From the NCBI GenBank assembly GCA_002104905.1, contig MCFE01000168.1, positions 62,001 to 126,000 of the forward strand: 64,000 bases of DNA, in the 5' to 3' direction. The first letter of the stretch is position 1; each line of letters starts with the position of its first letter. Of the stretch, positions 11,750 through 25,610 are shown piece after piece. Source of the DNA: Basidiobolus meristosporus CBS 931.73. Its lineage: Eukaryota > Fungi > Basidiobolomycota. The notes beneath the pieces are model-generated. The model made no database searches. It saw only the letters and a program-made list of their open reading frames with translations, and was not told the DNA's origin. The translations under genes were made by a program, and so were the position numbers.

Positions 11750-13615
11750 ATGTCTACCACTCAATATGTCCCTTCTTCTGCTCAATTGCAGATGTTAAAA
11801 CAAAGACAACAGCAGTTTCTGGCTAATCAAGCTGCCTTGCGTAAGGCCCAACTTGGAATGGGCAATCAACCCGCGGCTAATCAAGGGATGATGAATCAGG
11901 CCATGATGGCTAATCAAGTAATGTTAAATAACCAAGCGATGATGGCTAATCAGGCAATGTCGGGCTTGAATCGCACGGGACAGTCACCAAACCATGTTCC
12001 TAATCCTCATCCTGGTCAAATGTCTCAAAGCGCAATCACTGTCCCGCAAAGTAGTTCACAACCAATGCAACAGCAACCCACTAGTCAGGCTGGTGTGCAA
12101 ATATCCCCTATGAATTCAGCCTCGCCCGTAACCACAGCTGCCACTATTCCTGCTCCTGTTTCTCGTGCAACCTCGGTTCCTACTACTGCAGCTGGCCCAA
12201 TAACTAGTATGACTTTGTAAGTGGAAAGCATGTCACTTTGTTCCTATTCAGTCAAAACTTAGCATCTGCTTGTGCTCTATAGGCCAACGGGGCCGGGGAG
12301 TGCAATTACGAAAGTACTACAATATTCCGAAAAGCTAGTCGGGAAGAGCGGAGTAAGTTGCTTGTCGAATAATGCTATATATATACATTACTTATAGCCT
12401 AGTCTATCTCACTTTAAGGACGAAAACCTGCAACTAGCCAACCATTGGAGTAGAGTAATGTCAGAATATTTCGCTTCAAATGGCTTGATGAAATACACCC
12501 TTAGTCACTCTCAACTCAAAGACACCAGAACATTCGGTATTCTTGACCCTGATGTATTCTATTGTATACCTTTTACTGACGCTCTTTCAGATCTTCCACC
12601 CAGTCTGCTAGCTAGATTTTACTTGATTAATTACGAGTCGGGCGTTACGGACATTCAATTGGTTCTGGAGAACGCTGTAGAGTTTGCGCTTCCCAATGGC
12701 TACCACGTTGTAGAATGCGCCCGCGCGGCATTTGTATACCATTATGTGGATGGAACTCAGGTAGCCACTCATTGGTGTTTCTGAGCGCGTCTATTCGAAT
12801 CTTGACTGTCTATTTATATAGGTTTATGCTAGTGGTACACTCAAGGTGACCCTTAACTCTCAGCTCAAATTTGAATTATTTGAATTTGTTACCACGCAAC
12901 ATACCGAATTACTTCGTCGTGGGCTGCTTCTGGCTTTAGCGCAATCCCATAATGAGGGGAAGATCGATATACATCATTTACCCGATTCTCCCATCAACGA
13001 TTATGGGGTTTCCATACGCACCATGAGATGTTTGGAGGTATAGCCCATTTGCTGATGCTGCAACAGTTGTTGGACTTTGCTTAATTCGCTGCTCCTAGAT
13101 ATCCGAAGTCATTACTGAAATGAGTGATCTGATATCATACAGCTTATCGTCTAATCTCGGCGCAATTCGTAAGCTTAATGCGCAGTGTTTTTTGTTACCG
13201 AATGTGATAACCAATTAGTATTTTAATCAGAGTCATTGCAGAAATATGGGGAGATGCTTCGAGCCTCAGGAGGCATTGATAACAGCTCAAGCGCCGGAAC
13301 CAATGGCCTGCCCGGCACAAATCAATCCCAAATTGCTGGAGTCGGTGATCGACCGAACGGAGCTATGGTCGGCTCTGCACAATCACAGGTTCAGACGACA
13401 TCCATCTTAGGTTACAAAGATTACCCGCAAGGAATGGGCATCAATCCAACTGAACTAACGTCCTCCTTTGTGTAGGTAAAGTAAAGCATTCCTTGACTAT
13501 CGACACAGACAACAAAATGAAGAAGATCAAGATCGAGTCGCCGCGTATACCCAAAAAACCGAAAACCCCCACCACCCCCGGATTTAAGAGAAGACATTCG
13601 CAGTCCGAGAAATAA
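11750..13615 (+). CDS. LIM-domain-binding (LDB/SEUSS/Mfg1/PtaB-like) transcriptional co-regulator, multi-exon
   Basis: Q/M/N-rich N-terminus. Spliced LIM_bind-like core: HWSRVMSEYF, LLARFYLINYESGV, VYASGTLKV, FELFEF, PDSPINDYGVSIRTMRCLEISEVITEMSDL. The 3' end is ambiguous (stop at 13475 or 13615). Confidence 0.82.
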
Positions 13616-15501
13616 GCAAAAACGGTAAACCACCCTTCCCCAATTAATCTTTCATCTTTTTGATAATTTCAGTATTTGCATTGAGGTTCTTCACGTTTTT
13701 GCGCATTTCGCTTGACACCACCTAGTTATCTATTGCTCCTTTTGTTTCCTACAGCTTCTTGTGTAACTTCTACTTCAAGTCTCTAAACATCTTTGGTATG
13801 GTTCTTCATCTTGGCATTTTTTCACGATGCTTTGTATAGTATTCCCAATTTACCTACAATCGTTCTCGCTTTTGACTGTCTATCCCCCCTTCAATGCCTT
13901 GCCGATTTTCCATTGATTGAATAACTTGTGATCTTCGAAAGAAGTACAAGATCTGTTAGCACATTATTAGTCAGATGAAGCAGTCGTCTTACTTTAGTGC
14001 TGGTCATCCTTTCATTGTACATCTCGGCTCTTAATAGTGTATCATTTTCTTGTTACTTCCATTCCACCGGAGAAAAATAACGAATCCTTGTTGACAACAT
14101 GGCCAGTTCGAATTAATACAGCTACATACACATGGGTCGAGGTTTTCTTTAAGCAGAAGGTGTTGCTTTAAAACAGTAACTGAAACGATGTATGAGATCA
14201 TGAGCACTGCGTATTTATTGAATACCAATCTGATACGTCTAATAGTGGGTTGGTATTTAACCCGTTTACCCTATGTGTATAAGCCAATCCTCTTCAGACA
14301 ACGATTGGTGCAATGGAATATTTATTATGTAAACTGGCTGATTTTGCCGTCGTGGCAAGCAGTATTCAAGTAGACGGACTGACGAGGCTCTGTAAGATCG
14401 GTGTAAAAGCTCCGCTCAGTGGCCAGCTTAAGAACAAAGAAATGATTATCATGAGTGGTATGATCAAGGAGAAAGAGGTATGGAGAGGCTTAGGTAAATG
14501 ATGATTTGTCGAGCTTGGGTGTTATGTTCAATACATAGGAGCTGCTATGTTTTAAGTTATCTCGGGTTTATATAATTAGTGATTGATAACCTTATCAAGA
14601 GTCCAAATAGTGATCTACAGGTGAGGACACTCCTAATCGATCACCAATGGATGCTTTGCACGATCCATTGTAATATTAAACGTGCTAGAAATGTCCTCCT
14701 CTCAGACATATTGTATACAAGGTAGTTTAACGTTTACTGATCACCAGAAGAATTCCAACACTAGTACAATGCAGGAACAGCATCCCAAAAGCTACCAGCC
14801 CATTGAAATGGGAACGAAATACTCCGAGCGTAGTACACGTACATGGTACCAAAGGTAGAGAATTAACTGCAAAAGCCTGCGCTCTATATATAAATAGGGA
14901 TGCATTTGTTTACTTCGTCAATTCTTTAAAATAGCTCCCTTAGTCTTAAATATATACAAATCCAGTAAGGTATCAATTGGCAGACGAACTAATCTCATCT
15001 AGTTTGACACTTGTAGAGTATGAGACCGTTGTTATGGATGTATGCTACAAACATGCTTATCTAATATGTCTGCTACCTCAATGTGAGCCTCAACCACATT
15101 TTGGATCTTAGATTCAACACTTTTTTTTCACTATGGCAAGTGGCAAGATGCGCAGTAAAATTCCTTGGTCTGAAACATCTCCAGATCAATATATATATAT
15201 GTATCTGCATATCAATTGCGTGGAAACGAGATTACCTACATGATGCTATAAATGCAACCCTGATATCTGGGTATTTAAGTGTTGAATTGGCATTCGTACT
15301 ACACCAATTCATCTCTTCTCCAACTATTAGCTCTTGAAAATCCTCCACATCTCTCACATTCACTCATCATCCTTTGTCAGTTTTGATCCCAAAGCCAGGC
15401 CATTTTGAACGGTCCCCACTAAGTTTTCAGGCATTCCGCCAATACATAAGACCATCGAATTAGTTTTACCCAAGTGATCTTGCGGAAACCTGAACAAAAC
15501 C

Positions 15502-16746
15502 ATGGATAACTCCATTAATTCTTCTTTCGACCCCAATATATTCCGAAAGCAGCCAGAGAACATGATGAATCTAGATACGACTGTAAACACGCCTCCAAAC
15601 ATGGATTTTTTAAACCCAAATTCGTATAGCTCCAACTCACTATACGACCCTTTCTCTCAGGATCTGTCACAGCAACTTATGACTGGCCAGCTTCACGACA
15701 CAACAGCTACACTTCTACAAAGACAACTCAAATGCCAACAACCGACATCCGAATACAACCAGGGAGAAAGCTTGTCTAGTCAATACTTCGCTGAGCCAAA
15801 AATATTCTACTACGTAATCGACCCTCTATGCAACTTTTTATATTGCTCCACTTCACAAGAATTGACTGGATACACTCCAGAGGAGTTAGTGGGAAGGAAC
15901 ATTACTAGGTTCATTCATCAAGATGATATTGACACGTTTGTAAGGCAATTCAATGCTGGATTCACTCGACAACAGTTTCGGCTTTACTATCGCTTCAAAA
16001 AGAAGAACAATGAATACGTGATGTTGGAGGTCCAGGGGCACTCATACTATCACACTGAAAACCACCAACCGAAGTATTCCTTTTGTCTAGCCAGGTCGTA
16101 TCTCACCAAACCCACCAGTATACTGGACGCATTCTTACAGATCAAAATGGAAAATGAGATACTGAAGCAGCAGTTATCCGAGCTTGGAACCTTCGGAGCT
16201 GACAAAGGCTGGGTCAACTCCAAGGTTTCCGAAAATACAGATCCTTCTAGCTATTTCAACGATCACACATCGCCGAAGGCCATCATCCAAACCAGCTGTG
16301 AAAGTCACAACACCACTGATCTGAACAGCAGCCCAACGAATATTGTCACCAACAGCCCAGAGCAGTACAAGAGGAACTATTTATCAGATGAAAATACTTG
16401 CAACCAAGAAATCAACCTGAAAAGTCGGAAAAAGGTACAACAGCTCTGGGTAGTGTATGTTGTGCGTCACTTGCTCACCATCGCTTTATTAGAGAAAACA
16501 AAAAAGTGAAGATAATATTGACCATATGTGCACGGAATGTGGAACAGTGGAATCTCCTGAATGGAGGAAAGGCCCACAAGGACCCAAGACGTAAGCAATT
16601 TCAAGTCCGCAGTATACTACTTCTGATCTATGCAACTTACATGGTACCATTCCATCAGACTGTGTAATGCCTGTGGGCTACGATGGGCGAAAAGGGCGAA
16701 AAGAGAACTGCAAACAACTAAGAGCGAAGACGCTAGCAGCTCATAG
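15502..16746 (+). CDS. wc-2: White collar-2-like PAS domain + GATA zinc-finger transcription factor (3 exons)
   Basis: PAS segment (YCSTSQELTGYTPEELVGRNITRFIHQDD...FRLYYRFKKKNNEYVMLEVQG). Spliced GATA finger [32 protein letters not shown]. Confidence 0.85.
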
Positions 16747-18147
16747 CGGGTCTATCTGCCTCTCCCAACATACAGTACAACGATGTGATATATTATAATT
16801 GTACATAACGATTACAATGACATTAGAAGAATGAAGCTAGGAGAAATAGACATTTTCACATAATTCTTTTTTGAGTTATTGGCTTTCACGGACTTCGGCA
16901 TGCGCTAGGCTGTGCAGTATTCAGTTCTTTTGGAGGTTTGGTTCACATGAATCCAAGTTCAGTGGGTCGAGATACATCACAACTATTAAAAATATGAAGC
17001 TGCATTCAATGTTCTGATCAATATATTCGAGCATGCAAAACCTTGACATATGAGCCTCTATCCCTAGATCCCAAGAGGTTCGACGCCCGCAACATGTGGA
17101 TTTCTGGATTATTTGGCAATAAATTCCATTCATCCCAACACGGTAAACATTCTTGGGGTAGTATCAAGTACGTGTTTCTCGCTTGATTGTCACGCAGGTC
17201 AAGTGATGAGAATTCCCTGAAGTTGAATGCCGTGCATGGCACAGCCCGCTAGATGAAGAATCCCTAATGACGTCAATTTGCCGAAGCTTATGAATCCCAA
17301 AACGAAACTTCTCATTCGCTAAAAATGTAACGCATCAGCTATCCGTATCAGTCGTATAATAGTAGGTTTTCACATTATGTATGAAGAACTCGTAAACTTG
17401 CTCCCAGAGGTCTAATTATAGGTAACATCCACCAATGTTTACATGCACCTTTAATTTTAACTGCATTACAGACCATAGTTTATCCAGGAATTCGGCATTA
17501 ACCCCTGAATCTTCCCTGCAGCTCTGGGACCGCGGATTACCAAAGTTCCCTATTCCTGGAAAGTTTCACTGATATTGGAGAATAAGCAGATTCACAAACC
17601 AGTGTAGCATATGCTTGATTGATAATCAGCTGCGCCGGAAATGCTATATTGATAATTCGCTGAAACTTCGCGGGTACGATTGTGGAAAGATTTATTAAAT
17701 TGGTCACTTTAAAAACCAATATCATCATTAAATTGTATGTTCGATGTACCCTTAACTATACGGAGTTCGTAAATCACCGGATCGAATGTATATTATTAAA
17801 TGAATTTTTTTGACACAGCCATTCATTCAACCAAGACACAGATCCTATTGATCCTCACTACAGTCTCAAACCATGAACGACCGAGCCTGACGAAGGATAG
17901 TAATCGATTTATTGCACATTGGTCGTTTCTAACTCTTCTATGACATCCGATGTCATATCAACCAGTTCTACTGATTACCTAATAAAACTACCCAACAATA
18001 CATGCATTAACAGATCTATGATTGTGGAACGAGAATACAACTACAGATTATAGAAGCGATTTTGGTGGAGTCGGAGGGTTACTAATGTGGAGCCTGTTTG
18101 CAATGCATATACACTATCTATAGTCACGACTCTGAATCAAAGAACCA

Positions 18148-19710
<1,563 letters not shown>

Positions 19711-20195
19711 ACCAAGGAGAAGGAAGTACACTCCTGAATGGTATACTCTCGCTGAGCTTTACTTTCTAATCAATGAACAATAATTATCGAACTCATCTAA
19801 TCTTAACTCAAATATACACATTATAATGGCAATTCTATTCATAGATTAATCAAAAGCTCGCCTTGAACACATACCTACATCTTTCTCCAATGGAGAGAAA
19901 AAAATTGACAGAAATTCGCGATCACGTGGAAGATCAAGGAAAAAAGGGTACTTGGATGCATGGACAGAGTAACGAATTCGATGGGATGGGGGACTCGGGG
20001 GTCTGCGATAAAACTAAGCGAGATGTGGAATTAGGCTTCCCCCTTTTCCGATAGTGGATTTTTTGCCCTGTGTAAGATAAGCGTAAGTGATCGATTTCGT
20101 TAGCGTAGTTTATATTAGTTGGATGGATGGACATCATGAATGCATCCGATATATATGCTCTTCATTAACAGACCTCTTCTTTCAGTCACACAGTC

Positions 20196-20849
20196 ATGTC
20201 TGCCGCTAACAAGATCGTCAAGCCCGCCGGCGCTGCTCCTGCTGATGAGACCGAACTTTTGGTCGCCCAAGCCATCTTCGACTTGGAAAACAACGTCCCT
20301 GAGTTGAAGAAGGACCTCCGTCCTCTCCAAATCTCCGCTGCCAAGGAGGTAACTGCTTCGTTTGAAATTCGCTCAGTATAAAAGAGATCAGCAATTAACA
20401 TGAGGTTTGAACACTAGATTGAAATTGGCGCTGGTAAGAAGGCCATCGTTGTCTTCGTCCCCGTTCCTTTGTACAAGGCCTTGACCAAGGTTCAACAAAG
20501 ACTTACCCGCGAATTGGAGAAGAAGTTCTCTGACCGTCACGTCTTGTTCCTTGCCCAACGTCGTATCATGCGCAAGCCCACTCGCCGTTCCCGTGCCAAG
20601 CAAGCTCGTCCCAGATCTCGTACCTTGACTGCTGTCCACGAGAAGATTCTTGACGATGTCGTTTTCCCTACCGAGATCATTGGCAAGCGTACCCGCGTTA
20701 AGGTTGATGGTAGCAAGGTCACCAAGGTTTTCCTCGACAACAAGGACTCCGGCTCCCTTGAGTACAAGCTTGATACTTTCTCTGCTGTTTACAAGAAGTT
20801 GACCGGTAAGGATGTCGTTTTCGAATTCCCTACCCAACAACTCGAATAA
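20196..20849 (+). CDS. RPS7: 40S ribosomal protein S7 (eS7), 2 exons
   Basis: [15 protein letters not shown] and [15 protein letters not shown] motifs. Intron 20349-20417. Strong ribosomal-protein codon bias. Confidence 0.98.
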
Positions 20850-21075
20850 ATTTTCCCGCCACACACTGGAAAGTTTCTCTTGTTAGAAAAGAATACTACC
20901 AAGTAGATTCTTTTTGTGATAGCTAATCTAAATAAACATTTAATCAACCAGAAGCTCGTGAATTGGAACTTGTTATTTTTGCAGACTGCGGGTCCGTTGC
21001 TCATTGCTTCATCTTTATTTTAGGGGGTATGGGAAAACTATCTGAGTATTTCAAGCAGAACTGGGTTGGACAAAT

Positions 21076-21411
21076 TCATAGCTCGCCACCGTGAACATTT
21101 TGTATGTTATTGAATAGTTTGGCTTCTCTGACCTCACTGACCTCTGAGATATGTTCATCTTGTCTGAAATTCGCAGCCAAGATGCTCGGCATGTTGGCGC
21201 TGAAGCCTTTCAAAAGTGTATCGAATTTGGAGCGAATGCTTCCTCCATTTTCAAGAACCTTTTGCTCTAAGACCTCCTGGTATCCTGCGGGGGCTGTTTC
21301 TTTCAGTTCGACGATAAACTTTCCAAGATTCGACATGACGGCCTGTTCGTACGCAAATGCAAAACTGTAGCAGAGTAGAGCAATAGGTGAGAAAAGAAAT
21401 ATCTTAAACAT
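21076..21411 (-). CDS. Secretory stand-alone peptidase inhibitor I9 (subtilisin propeptide-like) protein
   Basis: Hydrophobic signal peptide. FIVELKE...GGSIRSKFDTLLKGFSANM...V.EV pattern typical of I9. C-terminus HGGEL. Confidence 0.8.
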   Translation of the reverse strand: MFKIFLFSPIALLCYSFAFAYEQAVMSNLGKFIVELKETAPAGYQEVLEQKVLENGGSIRSKFDTLLKGFSANMPSILAANFRQDEHISEVSEVREAKLFNNIQNVHGGEL

Positions 21412-23517
21412 ACGTCTTGAATGACTCTTGGCATATGAACTGCCCGGCTTTTGAGGCTACGACCATACACTGTGAAACCAAATACATGCATGACGTGTGT
21501 TCGATTGGTAGGTGAACTGCAGTTATTCAGACCTCTATTCGAAAACCATATTCAGAATAGAAAGTAAGAAATGCACCACAGTTCATCGTTGTGCAAGTGG
21601 TGTGATTAAACCGGTATTTCTGACTAACTTGAATTCTGAGAATCCTTTCAACCCGTAAATTGGCAGCTTTCATAAAATTGATCGATTCGATTAATGGATT
21701 CATGACAGGTTTGAGTCGTATAGCAGGATGACCTGAATCGTCAATCAGGTGTTTTGTTACGGATGGGTTGGGCGGACTCGCTTAGTGCATTCTAATTTTC
21801 GGTTTCCGGGTAGAATCTGTTGTTATTGAAATGTACTTTAGCAATATATCCCTGAATGATCAGCCTAGTTACAACTTATATAGGAACCATTTTAATCTTT
21901 CAGCCATCGTGTAACCATGGTGTTTTCTATGTAGCGCATGTTTTGGGCGGATATTTAGAGTCACAAACATGTAAAGAGCTTTGGGCGTCCTGTTATTGTG
22001 GTGTTGCAAGACCGCATCCCTGTGGAGCGCCTACACAGGCGCTATAGCCCTCTGTACTGCGCTGGTTTTCGAATGACAACCTCGGGTGTGGCGGTTCTTA
22101 AGATTTCTGGAGAATGGAAATTCCGCGCGGTTAATTACACATGGTTTAGAAAATTCACCATTCATTCTAGAAAGAGTGGTGCCATATTCTTCTATAGGTA
22201 TGTATCCAGGAATTTAAAAACTCTTTTTAAACTTTATCAGTATCCAGACTGCAAGTGCAATCTGCCTGACCACTTACCAGAAGAACCAAACCCCTTTGCA
22301 CCATTATCCACTCGGGATACCATCGATATGCACACTTTGTTATCTATAATATCCAGTAAACGCCCCTTCAAATTCTATCGAATGTAATGTTTCATCACCA
22401 TGACGAGCTCACGGATATCCCAGCTAAGAAAGGTAAATCCACAGAATGGCTGGAATCCATAAACTTCAAAGTTTGGACTCTGAGTGAAAAGAGTGTCACA
22501 GTCTATTCAGCCATTGATTCCCCAAGTGACTGATTTTCGAGTGGCAAAATGCAGCCATTCCAGAGAAGGTGCGATTCACGACGGTCTAGTCAAATCATTA
22601 GTCGGGGTTGTAAGGTTGATGTGAGCTGAGCAGCGTTTATCCATTGTTATTACAGCCATGTGGGATCATGTTTACCAAGGCCAAGCCAATAAACAGGTGA
22701 ATATGGGTTGATAAAATATTAATTTGGGTATTTCGTGCGGAATTGGCCGTTTATAACACACATGATCCGGAATATAAATAAATAAGTTGATTCTAGAGCA
22801 ATACGAAACGGTCGATCCCACAAAATATGAAACAAACGATCGTCGCAGGGAATTGATATCCTGTTGCTTGTCTCTGATCAATCAGGCCCATCAGGACACT
22901 CAAAACATGGCAGAAATATAGACAAAAGTGGCCAGAAATATGATCGGATTCCACTGATCAGCTCATAAACGCTTCCCCGCAACCTATTGGAAGCCATGAT
23001 TGCATCAGGGCCAGATCTATATTTTGATATTGAAGTTAGGTATATCACCGATACTTTAGGTTTACAGGTGACCTACCTCTGCGTTCTACACCTCAAGACT
23101 AGCAGGTGCTGTGCTGTACTTTAAATAAAGTTCAAGTGGTTTGTGCCGTTCTCACGCAAATAGTAGCTAACGGCCGTAGAGTCTACTCATGTGCAACCTG
23201 ATTCAATCATCCACCCCGGTTATGTTACTTGTGCGGGCAACAAATAACCGAGGTGGGATCAACGGAGCATGGAAACGCTGGAGCTTGATCCATTCCGATT
23301 CAGTTTATATAAACTGAGTCTTATTGAGTGGATCATGCTATGCCTCATCCCCAGTGACATGGGTCTGTTTTAAATCAGGGCCGCATTCCATAAAAAGATT
23401 TGTACCCCGAGGCTGAGTATAAAATAAATCCCACCGACTTGTCGTTCAATATTGCAGTAGACTATCTGTTCCTGCGCAATAGGTTCTTTTGTATCCATTC
23501 ATTCCCGACCTCTCACA

Positions 23518-24444
23518 ATGTCTACTAAAGTTTGCCGATCCGCTGAAGTGTCAGATATGCCTTTGCCATCACCTCCTCACAAACTTCGTAAGACTCAAAG
23601 TATGTGTCTTTCCCGGGAGGAGTTTCTCTTCAGTGACGTTTGCAAGCGTGCCACACTGGACGCTCATGGCCAGCAGCACTCCATTCCGTGCTTTGACAGC
23701 AAGGAGGACACTCTGAAGCGTATATGTCCTGAAACGTTGCAGCGTGTTCTTTCGGGGGAATTCGAACAAGCCTACGAACAGCTCGTTGTAGTCGATTGCC
23801 GTTTTCCCTATGAATATGCAGGAGGCCACATCAAGGGAGCCATCAATCTCAGCTCCAAGGACGAATTGGAAAAGCATTTTCTGAACAATTTTGAATTCAG
23901 TAAACGAACAGTGATAATCTTTCATTGTGAATATTCATCACAACGAGGCCCGAGAATGGCGCTTCATCTGCGAAGCCGGGACAGGGAACTGAATGCAACC
24001 GAGTACCCCAACCTGTTTTTTCCTGAACTGTATATACTTGACGGTGGATACCGCAACTTTTATTTCCAGGCCAAGCAACTCTGCATCCCTCAGAACTATG
24101 TTGAGATGAATGACGAGCAACATATGCTTGAGTGTAAATCTAGAATGATGCATTTCAAAGAAAGCTTCTCCTCCCGTCGTAGCAAGTCTAGATCTCCGAG
24201 CTGGTCTCAAAGCAAATCTAGCGAGTGCCATTCCTTGTTGGATAGGCAGCCAGTTCGTAGAGCTTCTCTCCTTACTCGTCTTCGACCATCACTCTCATCG
24301 TCTGGTCAACCATTGAATCTGGCGCCCATGATCCCGTTGATTCCCCGACGTCATCTCCCTAGAATGATGACGAATGAACCAGAGAATGTTGTTGCCGCTC
24401 CTGTTCTGAGCCAGACACCCAACTCGATTTACATTTCCCCATAA
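23518..24444 (+). CDS. CDC25: Cdc25/Mih1 M-phase inducer phosphatase (copy 1; catalytic domain intronless; upstream exons possible)
   Basis: VVDCRFPYEYAGGHIKGAINL, catalytic HCEYSSQRGP and PELYILDGGYRNF. Confidence 0.93.
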   Translation: MSTKVCRSAEVSDMPLPSPPHKLRKTQSMCLSREEFLFSDVCKRATLDAHGQQHSIPCFDSKEDTLKRICPETLQRVLSGEFEQAYEQLVVVDCRFPYEYAGGHIKGAINLSSKDELEKHFLNNFEFSKRTVIIFHCEYSSQRGPRMALHLRSRDRELNATEYPNLFFPELYILDGGYRNFYFQAKQLCIPQNYVEMNDEQHMLECKSRMMHFKESFSSRRSKSRSPSWSQSKSSECHSLLDRQPVRRASLLTRLRPSLSSSGQPLNLAPMIPLIPRRHLPRMMTNEPENVVAAPVLSQTPNSIYISP

Positions 24445-25610
24445 GCCGCACACAAAGCCCTGAGTCACTGAAGCAGCCTGTACCATAGCATACCATGAAT
24501 TGATCGCAGTATAACCGCAAAATCTTTTAAAAAACCTAGAATCAACCATACCGATGTATATAGAATCAAAAGAATAAATTTTGAGACTGTCATAGTAAAC
24601 ACTTTTTCGGATATCCTTCGAGAATATTTAGCCAGGGGAATGCTAGACCATCGTAGTATCAGCCTTGAAATGACAATGAACGAATCAGGCTGTCATGGAT
24701 ATAGTCCCAGCTTTTACCTGGGCTGGCTCTTAGAGAGTACCAAGCCGGAGTTACACCAGCGATGTACTATCTGGTCAAACTTGAACTGTATTCAGATATC
24801 AGTACATGATCAACGTGTAACCTGAGCCCAGTATGACCAACTGAATACTACCGTAAGTTGAATTGTTTTGATCCTAGCTACATATGGCTTTTCTGTGGTA
24901 TTTTCCAGGGAACCCAGTCAAAATGTGTGGCGAAAAATGATAAGAATGAAGTAAGGCTGTTGTCAAGGTGACGTCGGGGATATAAATGTAGGAAAATTCC
25001 ATTAGCGTGCTGTTTTGAGCTGATTAATTTGTGGGATTGGCTCCACTCACATTCTGGAAACTCTTCGAGGATTTTTATGAATCCATGTAGCCATCCAGCT
25101 TCTAGATTGTCTCCTCCACTTTTTGGATTATTTTGAGCCGGTGTTTTAAGCATTCAATTTCAGCAAATTTTCATCTCTGAGGTGACACAGCATTTTCAAT
25201 ACAATGACTGATTTTAACAAATAAAGTTTAAATAGATGCGAGTTAAGGCTGAAATGTATGGGTGCAGGGTTCAACCCGTTCCATACCCTACACAATATGA
25301 ACATTTATCCCTGCTTATCAGATAGAGCGAGTGGGAAGATCTTCACCTACTAATATCGCTGTATTTGAATCATCTATGGACTAATTGTTTGTGTTGAGCA
25401 TGTGTCATTCTCTCCTGTGTTTGCAGACCACTTGGTGGTGGATCGGTGTTAGTTACTCTAACTTTTGTATTAAACGTATTTGATTTTTCAATTAATCACC
25501 AAGTCAATCAAACAATCAGTGACTATTTTTTGAAGAAATTTCATTCCTCAAGCAAAAACGGCATGTACTTCAATTGCGAAACAAATTTGTCAATTGGGAA
25601 ATGGCCAAGC

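Noticed and set aside
14313-14501. KLADFAV resembling a kinase DFG motif
   Set aside because: No other kinase subdomains nearby. Short ORF, probably chance.
16921-17728. Short ORFs between wc-2 and the sirtuin
   Set aside because: No motifs and no coherent splice pattern. Treated as intergenic or UTR.
20388-20864. 158-aa antisense ORF over RPS7 and similar antisense ORFs over PPR, Cdc25 and amidohydrolase genes
   Set aside because: Shadow ORFs caused by codon bias on the coding strand.
21856-23400. Short ORFs upstream of Cdc25 copy 1 (including the 129-aa ORF 21998-22387)
   Set aside because: No recognisable motifs or ATG start. I could not build a consistent spliced model, though they might hold Cdc25 5' exons.
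25240-25295. GGGTTCAACCC resembling a tRNA T-loop
   Set aside because: No acceptor stem, D-arm or anticodon arm can be folded around it.
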